From an uncultured Acidobacteriota bacterium (GTDB lineage Bacteria; Acidobacteriota; Terriglobia; Terriglobales; Acidobacteriaceae), in the NCBI GenBank assembly GCA_963817925.1, contig CAWFQN010000001.1, positions 11,311-75,310 on the forward strand: DNA of 64,000 nucleotides. Direction: 5' to 3'. This document shows positions 36,095-46,670 of this stretch, in pieces. The notes beneath the pieces are model-generated. The model saw nothing but the letters and a program-made list of their open reading frames with translations. It made no database searches and was not told the DNA's origin. Position 1 is the stretch's first letter. Each line of letters opens with the position of its first letter. Position numbers and translations under genes: made by a program.

Positions 36095-36763
36095 ATGGAA
36101 AAAGTGGAGCAGACAGCGCACTTTGTATCTCATCCCCAAACCGCCGAACGCGGAAGCTGGACTGGTACACAGGCGTACATGCTGGCAGTCTTTTGCCTGG
36201 TGCTGGGCGTAGCCCTCGGCTACCTGTTTCGCGGCTCCGCTTCGCCTGCTTCAGAGACAACCGTAGCGCTTCGTGCCAACGACAGCGCGGCAAGCACGTC
36301 GACGCAGGCCCAAGTGACTCCCGCGCAACAAAAAGAAATGTTGAACCAGTCGGTCGCCCCGCTGCTTGAGACCCTGAAGACCAACCCTGACGACGTCGAC
36401 ACAATTGTGAAGGTAGGCAATCTGTACTACGACGGGCAGCAATACCAGGAGGCGGTCAAGTACTACCGACTCGCAGCCAAGAGCCAGCCTAAGAACGCAG
36501 ACTTGTTAACCGATCTGGGCACGTCGCTCTGGTATACCGGAGACGCCGACGGGGCCATCGCCGAGTTCCAGAAGGCGCTGAAGTATCAGCCCGATCATCC
36601 CGGAACGCTGTTCAACCTGGGCATAGTTCGCTGGCAAGGCAAGAGCGATCCCAACGGCGCGGTCGAAGCCTGGGAAGAGTTGCTGCAAAAGAACCCGAAC
36701 TACCCACAGAAGCAGCAACTGGAGGAATACATCGAAAAGGCCAAACAGCACTCCAAGGGGTAA
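36095..36763 (+). CDS. TM-anchored TPR protein (CcmI/NrfG-like C-terminal TPR)
   Basis: 222-aa ORF with one TM (AYMLAVFCLVLGVALGYLF) and three TPR units. Paralogue of the gene at 59134..59838. Confidence 0.7.
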   Translation: MEKVEQTAHFVSHPQTAERGSWTGTQAYMLAVFCLVLGVALGYLFRGSASPASETTVALRANDSAASTSTQAQVTPAQQKEMLNQSVAPLLETLKTNPDDVDTIVKVGNLYYDGQQYQEAVKYYRLAAKSQPKNADLLTDLGTSLWYTGDADGAIAEFQKALKYQPDHPGTLFNLGIVRWQGKSDPNGAVEAWEELLQKNPNYPQKQQLEEYIEKAKQHSKG

Positions 36764-36845
36764 GGGGATTGTACGCCTTTGGAGTGTAAGGATCTGACTT
36801 TTGATCTTTGTCCCTTTTCTTATTCCATAGATCAAGCGGGCAAAT

Positions 36846-37301
36846 ATGAATGCGAAGAATCAACCAACCGCCAACTTCCCCAGGATTTCACGAATTCTTG
36901 TGGCCACCGACTTTTCGGATCAGGCGAGCAAAGCTTTGGAGTGGGCCCAGTCTCTTGCCGCGGCATTCCGAGCGAAGTTGGTTCCACTGCATGTCATCGA
37001 CATCTTTAGCTTGGCAGAAACAAGTTGCGTGACCGCTGGCCTTGATCCGCTTCCCCTGCTTCGAGAGCAAGCCCGGCAGCGTATGGATGGGCTAAAGCAG
37101 CTGATACCCGATGCAGAGACATTGGTTCGCGAAGGTTCGCCGCGACCCGCGATTGTGGATGCCGCATTGGAATTGAAGTGCCAAATGATCATCATGGGAA
37201 CCCATGGCCGTTCAGGCTTGGCGCATTTACTGCTGGGCAGCGTCGCAGAGTATGTCGTCAGAAACAGTAAGGTACCCGTGCTCACTGTCCGCACGCATTG
37301 A
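36846..37301 (+). CDS. universal stress protein (UspA family)
   Basis: 151-aa ORF with RILVATDFSDQASKALEWA, IIMGTHGRSGLAHLLLGSVAEYVVRNSKVPVLTV. Confidence 0.9.
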   Translation: MNAKNQPTANFPRISRILVATDFSDQASKALEWAQSLAAAFRAKLVPLHVIDIFSLAETSCVTAGLDPLPLLREQARQRMDGLKQLIPDAETLVREGSPRPAIVDAALELKCQMIIMGTHGRSGLAHLLLGSVAEYVVRNSKVPVLTVRTH

Positions 37302-37470
37302 CACCGGATGCACGCAGTTGCGCCCCCGTTCACTAAAACCTTCGATCGCGCTGGGAAATCCATGAATCCGGAATACAAAGACCTGCGCCAGGCTGATCCG
37401 TCCGATGACAGCTTCTCGCTCGCATTCTTGCAACGGAAGGACTCTGCGCGTGCCCTGGCGCACATACGCC

Positions 37471-37486
37471 TGTGCGCTCCGTCACA
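37471..37486. promoter_or_regulatory. CRP-type site TGTGC-N6-TCACA upstream of adh
   Basis: TGTGCGCTCCGTCACA, a 9/10 match. Centred about 223 nt upstream of ATG 37702. Confidence 0.35.
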
Positions 37487-37654
37487 TACAGGTCGCACGG
37501 AATTGGCGACCATGGCTTTTGATTTCATGCGGTAACTCCTTTCGGCTCCGCTGGACGAACAATCGAAGAACCCAAGGGAAGTAAGTGAAGTAATGTGCTC
37601 GGCAGAAAGCAGGCGGGCGTTTCGCAGTTTAATTCAAATTGATTCCGAGTCCGC

Positions 37655-37672
37655 TGGACTGCAAGCAGTCCA
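37655..37672. promoter_or_regulatory. perfect 18-bp palindrome (8-bp arms, 2-bp spacer) just upstream of adh
   Basis: TGGACTGC-AA-GCAGTCCA. A third TGGACT copy lies at 37681. Ends 30 nt before the start codon. Confidence 0.4.
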
Positions 37673-37701
37673 ATAGACGGTGGACTCCCAGGAGACATAC
37701 T

Positions 37702-38787
37702 ATGGCGAAAACAATGAAAGCGGCCTTCGTCGATAAATTCGGCGAGCCATTGAAGATTCGGGAAGTTCCAATTCCAGATCCAGGGCCTGGACAGGCACTG
37801 GTCGAGATCGCGGCGAGCGGTGTCTGTCATACCGACCTGCACGCGGCGGATGGCGATTGGCCGATCAAACCAACTCTGCCCTTTACACCCGGACATGAAG
37901 GCGCAGGTTTCGTAGCCAAGCTGGGCCCGGGCGTTACCCACTTGAAGGAAGGCGATCGCGTCGGAATCGCATGGCTGCACAGCGCCTGCGGGCATTGTGA
38001 ATTCTGCCTTACCGGGTGGGAAACGCTCTGTCCGGAGCAACAGATGTCGGGTTATACCGTAAACGGCACCTTCGCTGAGTATGCGTTGGGCCAGGCAGAT
38101 TACCTGGGCCGCATTCCAGACAAACTGTCGTTTATCGATGCCGCGCCGATTCTCTGCGCCGGCGTTACCACTTACAAGGGTTTGAAACAAACGCAAGCGC
38201 GGCCCGGCGAGTGGGTCGTGATCTCGGGTGTGGGCGGTCTCGGCCACGTCGCGGTCCAATATGCGAAGGCTATGGGGTTGCACGTCGCCGCCATTGACAT
38301 CGGACCGGAGAAGCTGGCATTGGCCCGCAAGCTCGGGGCAGATGTAACCGTGGATGCGAAGGAAGAAGACGTAGTGCAGACGATCCAGACAAAAATCGGA
38401 GGCGCTCATGGTGTATTGGTCACCGCCGTGTCTCTGCCCGCGTTCAAACAGGCGCTCGGAACGCTACGCCGGGGCGGAACCTGCGTGCTGAATGGCCTGC
38501 CTCCTGGCGAATTCCCCGTCTCTATTTTCGATCTGGTGCTGAATGGCCAGACCGTGCGGGGTTCGATTGTGGGCACGCGCAAGGACCTCGAGGAAGCACT
38601 GCAGTTTGCCGCCGAAGGCAAGGTGAAGGCGACCATCGAGGAGCAACCGCTGGGATCGATCAACGATATTTTTGACCGGCTCAAGAAGGGGAAGGTTAAC
38701 GGTCGAATCGTTCTCGACATCGCCGCGGAGTCCGGTGCCAAGAAATCAACCGGTGCTAAGCCATATAAGAGTCACGCGGTCGCCTGA
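37702..38787 (+). CDS. adhP: zinc-dependent alcohol dehydrogenase (AdhP-type)
   Basis: Trimmed to ATG 37702. Has [36 protein letters not shown] and SGVGGLGH. Confidence 0.85.
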   Translation: MAKTMKAAFVDKFGEPLKIREVPIPDPGPGQALVEIAASGVCHTDLHAADGDWPIKPTLPFTPGHEGAGFVAKLGPGVTHLKEGDRVGIAWLHSACGHCEFCLTGWETLCPEQQMSGYTVNGTFAEYALGQADYLGRIPDKLSFIDAAPILCAGVTTYKGLKQTQARPGEWVVISGVGGLGHVAVQYAKAMGLHVAAIDIGPEKLALARKLGADVTVDAKEEDVVQTIQTKIGGAHGVLVTAVSLPAFKQALGTLRRGGTCVLNGLPPGEFPVSIFDLVLNGQTVRGSIVGTRKDLEEALQFAAEGKVKATIEEQPLGSINDIFDRLKKGKVNGRIVLDIAAESGAKKSTGAKPYKSHAVA

Positions 38788-38936
38788 GTTCCTAGGTCAC
38801 CTGAGTTCTCGGATCGTGTGATTCTGCGTTGCGCAAGTTAAGCAAGAGGCGGATTCCTGCGCTCGCCGCACAATGCGAGCAACGACGTCCGCCTCTGTCC
38901 ATTTTTTGAGCGGGTTGGGCAACCATCACAGATAGA

Positions 38937-38952
38937 CGTGACGAGGCTCACC
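38937..38952. promoter_or_regulatory. CRP-type core site CGTGA-N6-TCACC upstream of the aldehyde dehydrogenase gene
   Basis: CGTGACGAGGCTCACC, preceded by TCACA-N6, the same alternating half-site pattern as at nifJ. Centred about 91 nt before ATG 39036. Confidence 0.4.
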
Positions 38953-39035
38953 GACGCTCGCCAACTTCAGCGCTATGTTCGTCGCACACGGGGAATTATC
39001 GCGTTCTGAACATTCATAAATAAGGAGATATCGTC

Positions 39036-40583
39036 ATGGCAGTTGCAGATCTCGTGAAACAAACATCCGTCCAGCAAGCGGTGGACACGCTTCGCAAGGG
39101 CGGCGTCAAATCCAAGTATGAGAACTTCATCGGCGGCCGATGGGTCGCGCCGGTGAAGGGAAAGTATTTTACCGATTACAGCCCGATCAACGGTGAGCCG
39201 ATTTGCGAGATTGCCCGTTCATCAGCAGAAGACGTTGAGAAAGCTCTCGACGCAGCCCATGCAGTCAAGGATCTCTGGGGCCGCACCGCCCCCGCGCTCC
39301 GCTCCTCCATCCTGCTTAAGATCGCCGACAAGATGGAAGAAAATCTCGAACTTTTGGCCCTCGCCGAAACGCTGGACAACGGCAAGCCGATTCGCGAGAC
39401 TCGTGCCGCCGACGTTCCTCTTTCCATCGATCACTTCCGTTACTTCGCCGGCTGCATCCGCGCCGAGGAAGGCACAGTGGGCGAGATCGATAACGACACC
39501 ATCGCCTATCATTTCAAGGAACCTCTTGGCGTCGTCGGTCAGATCATTCCCTGGAATTTCCCGCTATTGATGGCTGCCTGGAAACTGGCGCCCGCCATCG
39601 TTGCTGGGAATTGTGTGGTGATCAAGCCGGCTTCCAACACACCGCTCAGCTTGTTGGTGCTGATGGGGCTGATTGGGGATTTGCTACCACCTGGCGTCCT
39701 CAACGTAGTCACTGGCCCCGGAGGCGAGATTGGAAAAGCCCTGGCCAGCAACTCCCGCATTGCGAAAATCGGATTCACCGGAGAAACCACGACCGGCCGC
39801 CTGATCATGCAGTACGCTTCTGAACCCATCATCCCGCAAACCCTGGAGTTGGGCGGCAAGTCTCCCAACATCTTCTTTGCCGACGTGATGGACGCTGACG
39901 ATGAATACTTCGACAAGGCACTGGAAGGCTTTGCCCTGTTCGCCTTCAACAAAGGCGAAGTGTGCACCTGCCCGTCCCGCGCTCTGATTCAGGAATCGAT
40001 CTTCGACAAGTTCCTGGAACGCGCAGTGGCCCGCGTGGGCAAGATCAAGGTCGGCAATCCGCTTGATCCTTCCACGATGATGGGCGCGCAGGCGTCGCGC
40101 GATCAATTGGAGAAGATTCTAGGCTACATCCAGATCGGCAAGGGCGAGGGAGCGCGTTGCGCCATTGGCGGCGAACAAGCTCATCTCGGAAACGATCTGG
40201 AAAACGGCTACTACGTCAAACCGACCGTCTTTACCGGTCACAACAAGATGCGCATCTTCCAGGAAGAGATCTTCGGTCCCGTACTCTCCGTGACCAAGTT
40301 CAAGGACCTCGAAGACGCCATTGCGATCGGCAACGACACGGTCTACGGCCTGGGCGCTGGCGTCTGGTCACGCAATGCCACCAACGCCTACCGCGTAGGC
40401 CGCGAAATCAAGGCCGGCCGCGTGTGGACAAACTGCTACCACCTGTATCCGGCGCATGCCGCATTCGGAGGATACAAACAGTCGGGTTTTGGCCGCGAGA
40501 CCCACAAGATGATCCTCGACCACTACCAACAGACCAAGAACCTGCTGGTAAGTTACAGCCCGAAGGCGTTGGGATTCTTTTAA
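39036..40583 (+). CDS. NAD(P)-dependent aldehyde dehydrogenase
   Basis: 515-aa ORF with [30 protein letters not shown] and EEIFGPV. Confidence 0.95.
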   Translation: MAVADLVKQTSVQQAVDTLRKGGVKSKYENFIGGRWVAPVKGKYFTDYSPINGEPICEIARSSAEDVEKALDAAHAVKDLWGRTAPALRSSILLKIADKMEENLELLALAETLDNGKPIRETRAADVPLSIDHFRYFAGCIRAEEGTVGEIDNDTIAYHFKEPLGVVGQIIPWNFPLLMAAWKLAPAIVAGNCVVIKPASNTPLSLLVLMGLIGDLLPPGVLNVVTGPGGEIGKALASNSRIAKIGFTGETTTGRLIMQYASEPIIPQTLELGGKSPNIFFADVMDADDEYFDKALEGFALFAFNKGEVCTCPSRALIQESIFDKFLERAVARVGKIKVGNPLDPSTMMGAQASRDQLEKILGYIQIGKGEGARCAIGGEQAHLGNDLENGYYVKPTVFTGHNKMRIFQEEIFGPVLSVTKFKDLEDAIAIGNDTVYGLGAGVWSRNATNAYRVGREIKAGRVWTNCYHLYPAHAAFGGYKQSGFGRETHKMILDHYQQTKNLLVSYSPKALGFF

Positions 40584-40604
40584 ACGACCTGAAGACGGAC
40601 GTTG

Positions 40605-40641
40605 CAGGGCGGGTGTACGCCACTCGCCCTGTATTTTTTTT
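40605..40641 (+). terminator. intrinsic terminator after the aldehyde dehydrogenase gene
   Basis: Stem CAGGGCGGGTG/CACTCGCCCTG (the outer 7 bp are perfect), followed by a T9 run. Confidence 0.75.
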
Positions 40642-40783
40642 GGGCTGTGTCGAAAGCAAATGGTGACATCCGTGCCTCGGAAACCGTCCCGATCTCGGAC
40701 GCCCACATGTAATAGTTTTGTAACTTGTATTAAAGATCACTGCGAAGAATTTTGCCGAGGGCTACGCTCTAAACAACAATCAT

Positions 40784-42433
40784 ATGGAAACTCATCCAAA
40801 GGGCAGTAACGCTCGTATTTTGCTGAGTTCAGTCTTCGGGCCTTACGCACAAGACGACGAATTTGGCAGCCGCTCCATCAATCCCATGGAGCTCTATCAC
40901 AACCAGGTCACGCGCGCGCAAGGCAGCTTCTCGCTGCGCATGTTCCATCGCTCATGGGGCATCATGTTGATTCAGGAAAACATTTCAGCACCCTGCAGCG
41001 TGCTCGATTTCCCGACGCGCGAAAGCTTTGCTCGAGAATTAACCACCAACCACTACGACGTCGTTGGTATCTCTTCGATCATCGTGAATGTTTTGAAGGT
41101 CCGGGAGATGTGCCGCATGGTGAGGGAATTGTCGCCGGGTTCGGTGATCGCGGTGGGCGGACATGTAGCTGCCATTCCCGGCCTGGAAGCAATGATCGAT
41201 GCCGACCACATCGTGCGCGGAGAAGGCATCGCGTGGATGCGTCGGTACCTTGGCGAAGACGAGCACGCGCCCGTCCGTCATCCCGCCATTGTCTCCGGTC
41301 TACAAACACGCATCATGGGCATACGCCTGCCGCAGCGGAAGGGCGGGACGGCGGCAACCATCATTCCGTCGGTGGGGTGCCCGATGGGATGCAACTTCTG
41401 TACCACGTCGGCTTTTTTTGGCGGTAAAGGGAAGTTTGTCAACTTTTACCAGACCGGCGACGAACTGTTTGACGTGATGTGCAAGATCGAGTCCGAACTC
41501 AAAGTACATTCCTTCTTTGTGATGGACGAGAACTTCCTGCTTCAACGCACGCGTGCCATGCGCTTGCTGGAACGCATGAAGCAGGCAGGCAAGAGCTGGG
41601 AGTTCGCCGTCTTTGCTTCCGTCAATGCGATTCGCAAGTACACCATGCTGGAACTGGTTGAACTTGGCATTTCCTGGGTGTGGATGGGTTTGGAATCTCC
41701 CAAGTCCAGTTATAACAAGCTGCACGGTTCGGACGTAGGGCAACTCACGCGCGAGCTTCGCGAACATGGCATACGAGTGCAGGGCTCGACCATCATCGGG
41801 CTCGAGCACCACACCCCGGACAACATCGTCGGAGAAATCGAATCGGCAGTTGACTATCAGACCGATTTCCACCAGTTTATGCTCTACACGCCAGTTCCGG
41901 GCACACCGCTGTACGAGGAAATGTCTGATCAGGGCCGAATGCTGACGGATGTTGATTTCGCCGACGTGCATGGGCAGTACAAATTCAACTTCCGCCACCA
42001 CGCAATTTCGCGCGAGGATTCAAAAAGGTTCCTGGACTGGGCGTTCTGGCGCGATTTCGAGCGCAACGGGCCGAGTCTTTATCGCATGTGCCAGACCATG
42101 CTGCTCGGCTGGCGACGCTACAAGGACTACCCGGATGCGCGCGTCCGCGAGCGCTTCGCACGAGAAGCGAAAAAGCTGAGCAGTGCTTATAATGCGGCGC
42201 TTTGGGCCATGGAGCGGGAATTCAAGAAGGTCAATCGTAGCGTGAGCGAGCAGATCCACAAACTGCGCCGCGAAGTCGAGAAGGAGTTTCCGGTCATCGC
42301 CCGCCTCACCGCTGCATCGTTGGGTCCCATCTTGTTGTGGTCCACACGCCGGGAGGAGAATCGGCTTGCATCCGGACGCACCTACGAACCCCCGACTTTT
42401 GTCGAGCGTCGCAATTGGGTTTCGAGTTCATAG
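40784..42433 (+). CDS. B12-binding-domain radical SAM protein (class B)
   Basis: 549-aa ORF with an N-terminal Rossmann-like B12 domain (YDVVGISSII..VIAVGGHVA) and SVGCPMGCNFCTT (CxxxCxxC). Confidence 0.8.
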   Translation: METHPKGSNARILLSSVFGPYAQDDEFGSRSINPMELYHNQVTRAQGSFSLRMFHRSWGIMLIQENISAPCSVLDFPTRESFARELTTNHYDVVGISSIIVNVLKVREMCRMVRELSPGSVIAVGGHVAAIPGLEAMIDADHIVRGEGIAWMRRYLGEDEHAPVRHPAIVSGLQTRIMGIRLPQRKGGTAATIIPSVGCPMGCNFCTTSAFFGGKGKFVNFYQTGDELFDVMCKIESELKVHSFFVMDENFLLQRTRAMRLLERMKQAGKSWEFAVFASVNAIRKYTMLELVELGISWVWMGLESPKSSYNKLHGSDVGQLTRELREHGIRVQGSTIIGLEHHTPDNIVGEIESAVDYQTDFHQFMLYTPVPGTPLYEEMSDQGRMLTDVDFADVHGQYKFNFRHHAISREDSKRFLDWAFWRDFERNGPSLYRMCQTMLLGWRRYKDYPDARVRERFAREAKKLSSAYNAALWAMEREFKKVNRSVSEQIHKLRREVEKEFPVIARLTAASLGPILLWSTRREENRLASGRTYEPPTFVERRNWVSSS

Positions 42434-42481
42434 TCCTGCCGCGATGCGATGGCTTCGATCACGGATTGCTCGCAGCGGTTC

Positions 42482-43946
42482 TCACTGATCCTCGGCCACG
42501 GTGGTCTGAGAGGCTTCTTCGTCTCCGCGGATCAGGCCGAATTTCTTTAGCTTGTAGCGGAGAGCATCGCGGCTTATGTCCAGCAGCTTGGCTGCGTGGG
42601 TCTGGTTGCCGTTGGCTTGGCGCATTGCCAACTCGACCATGTGGTGCTCCACCTCTTCCAATGAGGTGCCGCCTTCCGGGATATAAAGCCGCGGGAGGGT
42701 GCGGCCGTTGGGTAGGGTCTGTCCGCCGTCACTGGGTGAAGTTCGTTCAAACACAGTGCGGCCACCTGACTCGCCGACGGAGAACGGCAGGTATACCGGG
42801 CGCAGGAATGGCTCGTCTTCGAGGATCATGCCACGCTCGATGGTGTTTTTGAGTTCGCGAACATTGCCCGGCCAGTTGTGAGTGAGAATGAGGCGGCGGG
42901 TATCATCGGTAACGCCGCGAATCGACTTCTTGAATCTGCGATTGTAGCGGTCGATGAAGAAGTCCACCAAGGGCAGGATGTCTTCTTTGCGGTCGCGCAG
43001 TGGAGGGATGAAGATCGCAATGATGGCCAGGCGGTAATAGAGATCCTGACGAAATTGCCCTTCGCGCACCGCCTTTTCGAGATCGCGGTTGGAGGCTGCG
43101 ATTACGCGTACATCCACCTGCATATCCTTGATACCGCCGACGCGACGAATTACCTGGTCTTCGAGAACACGCAGGAGTTTGGCTTGCAGCAAGCGGAGAG
43201 AGTTCGCCGATTTCGTCGAGGAAGAGCGTACCGCCATCGGCAGCCTCGAAGAGGCCTTTCTTCATCTGCTTGGCATCAGTGAAGGCGCCCTTTTCGTGGC
43301 CGAAGAGTTCGGCTTCCATCAGCGTCTCCGGGATGGCGGAGCAGTTGATCGCAACAAACGGCTTCTCATGGCGGGAGCTTTCGTAGTGGATGGCTTTTGC
43401 GATCAGGTCCTTGCCAGTGCCGCTCTCGCCCTGTATCAGAATCGTCGTCGCTTCGCTGGAGGCAACCTTGCGGACGAAATTCATGAGCTCGGTCATCTTC
43501 GGGGAGACGCTCACGACGCTGTTATAGCCGGCGTCGCGCCGTACCTCGCCGCGCAGGCTCTGGACTTCGGCGCGCAGGCTCGTGGCCTCGAGGGCATTTT
43601 TGATGGTGACGTGAAGCTCATCGAAGTCGACCGGTTTGCCGACGAAGTCGTAGGCTCCGAGCTTGAGCGCGGCTTTGACATCGTCGAGTTGGGGGTCGGC
43701 GGTGATCATGATGACGGCGCGGGCGTCGCCACTTTTCTTGAGTTGATCAAGAACTTCGATACCGGTGAGGTCGGGCATGCGCACGTCGAGGAGGACTAGA
43801 TCAGGCGATTCGTGCTGCGCTAGTTTGAGCGCAGGCTCGCCCGCATCGGCCTCGATTACGTGGTAGCCCCACTCTTCGCACTTCTGGCGCAGCGACCAGC
43901 GGACCAGGCGCTCGTCGTCCACGATCATAATTTTCTCGGCGGGCAT
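42482..43946 (-). pseudogene. sigma54-dependent response regulator (NtrC family) with a frameshift in the AAA+ domain
   Basis: REC domain ([16 protein letters not shown]). AAA+ motifs [14 protein letters not shown] and [10 protein letters not shown], then the frame is lost. [27 protein letters not shown]..Fis-type HTH continues in ORF 42482..43237. Confidence 0.85.
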
Positions 43947-44029
43947 CGGTGTTTAATTTACTACGAAATGGAAGGGGATTGCTGAGGGGAGCCGCTTGGT
44001 AGCGCCGCCGTCCCGGCGGCTAAAGCGGC

Positions 44030-45250
44030 CTAGGAAGCGGCGACCTGCACGACCGGCATTTGAAATGGTAGCAGCACCGTAAACGTACTTCCCTTTCCGA
44101 CGACACTGCTGACTTCGATGCGACCATGATGATCTTCGACGATGCGGTGGGCGAGAGAGAGGCCGAGGCCGGTGCCGTCGCCCTTGGTGGTGTAGAAAGG
44201 CCGGAAGATGTTGGGCAGGTTCTGAGGAGCGATGCCGCGGCCGGTGTCACTGACGACCACTCTGGCAAAACCATCACGCTCGCCAATCTCAACATTCACT
44301 GTGCCCGTCTTCTCTACAGCTTGGACGGCGTTCAGGAGCAGATTCAGAAGCACATGGTGAACCTGATCGCTGTCGTGCTCGACTTCGGGGAGATCGGGCG
44401 CCTTCTGCAACTCGATCTTGATTGGTCTTGAGAGCACCTGCTGGCGGGCCAGCATCACCGCGTGTTCTACGGTGGTATTGAGGTTGCTGCGGCGAACCTC
44501 GGGTCGGCGAGGCCGTGCCGTTTCCAGAAGGTCGGTCAGAGTGCGGCTGATGCGCGAGATTTCCAGGCGAACGTCCTTCACGACTGCACGCGCGGGACTG
44601 GTCGCAGGCAGATCGCGGCCGACGATTTCGATCACTCCCGCAATTCCGGCGAGGGGGTTGCGAATCTCGTGGGCTAGGCCTGTGGCCAGTTCGCCGAGCG
44701 TTGCCAGATGTTCGGCGCGAGACATCTGGGTGCGATGCAGGCGCTCGATTTCTTCCCGACTCTCGCGCAACTGTTGCATCATGTGATTGAAGTTGCGGCC
44801 GAGGTCTCCGATTTCGTCGTTGCGCTGAGCGAAGCTAACCGCGACGTTCAGGTTGCCTTCACTCACCTGCGCGATTTTCTCCTGCAATTCGACCATGGGC
44901 CGCTGAATCAAATAGGCAAGGACAACAATTAGAACAGCGCAGATGGCGACTGCTCCCGCGCCCGCGACGATCAGGACCGCGTGGCGTTCGGGGTCGCGCA
45001 GAGACACGGTCGCGAGAATGAAGAGAAGCAGCCCCGACAATAGAACGAGGCCCACCGGCAAGATTGCCTTGAGCTGCCAGTTGACCCGTACGGAACTCAA
45101 TCGGATGTCCTCCACCTGTGAGCGGTCTGCAGACTTGGTGTGCTCGTTGCCGGCGGGCCGACTCGGCGGAGGGCGGACCGGAGCGGTGGTTTGGACTGCC
45201 ACTCCCGGTGGTCCGGTGGCCTGGGTCGCGGATTGAGGGCGGCTAAGCAT
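44030..45250 (-). CDS. sensor histidine kinase (2 TM, HAMP, HisKA, HATPase_c)
   Basis: 406-aa ORF with H-box [14 protein letters not shown]-box [11 protein letters not shown], and G-boxes DTGRGI and GTGLGLS. The periplasmic loop is only about 8 aa. Confidence 0.9.
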   Translation of the reverse strand: MLSRPQSATQATGPPGVAVQTTAPVRPPPSRPAGNEHTKSADRSQVEDIRLSSVRVNWQLKAILPVGLVLLSGLLLFILATVSLRDPERHAVLIVAGAGAVAICAVLIVVLAYLIQRPMVELQEKIAQVSEGNLNVAVSFAQRNDEIGDLGRNFNHMMQQLRESREEIERLHRTQMSRAEHLATLGELATGLAHEIRNPLAGIAGVIEIVGRDLPATSPARAVVKDVRLEISRISRTLTDLLETARPRRPEVRRSNLNTTVEHAVMLARQQVLSRPIKIELQKAPDLPEVEHDSDQVHHVLLNLLLNAVQAVEKTGTVNVEIGERDGFARVVVSDTGRGIAPQNLPNIFRPFYTTKGDGTGLGLSLAHRIVEDHHGRIEVSSVVGKGSTFTVLLPFQMPVVQVAAS

Positions 45251-46646
45251 AAGCGTGCATTCCGGGCAGCAAGTAAGTCACGCCGAAGAAAGTGAACATG
45301 ACCACGGCAAAGCCCAAGATGGCGAAGTACGCAGCGCGCCGGCCACGCCATCCACGGGTGACGCGCATGTGCAGGTAACCAGCGTAAACCAACCAAGTAA
45401 TCGCAGCCCAGGTTTCTTTTGGATCCCAACTCCAATAAGAACCCCAGGTGCGATTGGCCCAGTAGGCGCCCGCTGCGATCATCAGGGTGAGTAATGGAAA
45501 TGCGATCGCGATGGTTTTGTAGGTGATGCGGTCGAGTTCCTCGGCGCTAGGCAGCATGCGCTCCAGATCTTCACGCCGCCACAGAAGTAAGAGGTATAAA
45601 AGTGAAACAAAGATTCCGCCTACCAGGCCCGACAGAATGAACGGGCTGGCTGCCAGGCTGGTTGAGAACAAACCGTCGGCGTCGAGGGAACCGTAGCGGC
45701 CATCGCGCGCTCGGAGCAGGAAGAACATCAGCGCCAGCACCTGCAGCAGGATGCTGATAAACACTGCGCGGTTCGCGATGTCGATGAAGTTTTCATTGCG
45801 GGTCTTACGCCAGATAACATACAGAACCAACGGCGCTGCGACCGCGGCGAGGACTAGCAGCATCAGCCAGCCAAGATCGGGGATGACAACGAAGAGGCGC
45901 ACGCCTTTGGCCAGAAACATCTCGGATTTTTCTTCTGGATTCCAGGCGATCACGCTCAGGCCACCCCATTTCTCGAAACGAGTCAGCACGCCGAGGTATG
46001 TCCCGATGCCAAAAAGGCTGGTTGCTGCCAGGAAGGTCTCGGTCTTCATCTTGTCCTGAATGAGGAACATCATGGCCAGGGCGAAGCTGAGAGCACACGC
46101 TGCGTAAGCCAACATGGCCAGGGTGACGTGGACGTGCAGCCAGGTCGATTGCAACGCGGGCACGAGTGGGTGAACTTCAGTCCGCAGCAACTGCATCAAC
46201 ACAACGCCTACGATGGCGACAGGCATGGTCACGGTTCCAATGACTTTCACGCCGAACTTCTTTTCGGCAATCAGTGTCAGGACAGCGAGCGTCCAGACGA
46301 AACTGAGCAACATTTCGTAGATGCTCGCGAAGGGGGGATGTCCAGCTTCATACCAGCGATGCGCCACGGCCCCCGTGTTCGCGATCAGGCCGGCCCACGT
46401 CGCCAGCGAGGCGAAGCGCACGTAAGAAGGAATTCCGGTGACGCCGAAGCCGAGATAAAGTGTTCCCGCGGCGGAATAGAAAATGAGCGCGGCGTAGAGC
46501 AGGTTGGAGTCGTTGAGCAGATTGCCGCTCTTGACTACGTTCAAAAATGCCATGAACAACAGGAAAGTAACTCCCAACCCCACCATCACGACCAGCGTTG
46601 TGCCGGTTGCGGCTGGTTGTTGTTCGGCTCTTGCGACTCGTGACAT
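45243..46646 (-). CDS. ccsA: cytochrome c biogenesis protein CcsA (system II heme handling)
   Basis: 467-aa polytopic ORF with the WWD-type motif [14 protein letters not shown] and conserved His residues. Confidence 0.9.
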   Translation of the reverse strand: MSRVARAEQQPAATGTTLVVMVGLGVTFLLFMAFLNVVKSGNLLNDSNLLYAALIFYSAAGTLYLGFGVTGIPSYVRFASLATWAGLIANTGAVAHRWYEAGHPPFASIYEMLLSFVWTLAVLTLIAEKKFGVKVIGTVTMPVAIVGVVLMQLLRTEVHPLVPALQSTWLHVHVTLAMLAYAACALSFALAMMFLIQDKMKTETFLAATSLFGIGTYLGVLTRFEKWGGLSVIAWNPEEKSEMFLAKGVRLFVVIPDLGWLMLLVLAAVAAPLVLYVIWRKTRNENFIDIANRAVFISILLQVLALMFFLLRARDGRYGSLDADGLFSTSLAASPFILSGLVGGIFVSLLYLLLLWRREDLERMLPSAEELDRITYKTIAIAFPLLTLMIAAGAYWANRTWGSYWSWDPKETWAAITWLVYAGYLHMRVTRGWRGRRAAYFAILGFAVVMFTFFGVTYLLPGMHAYA

Positions 46647-46670
46647 GGACGCATCCTCCCTTGCCGGATC

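Noticed and set aside
36790-36830. TTGATC ... GATCAA as an FNR (TTGAT-N4-ATCAA) site upstream of usp
   Set aside because: The half-sites are separated by about 23 nt, not 4, so they are not a canonical FNR box.
37525-38409. 294-aa minus-strand ORF
   Set aside because: It is antisense to the alcohol dehydrogenase gene.
40642-40783. Cobalamin riboswitch upstream of the B12-radical SAM gene
   Set aside because: The leader is only about 140 nt and has no recognisable B12 box or conserved helices.
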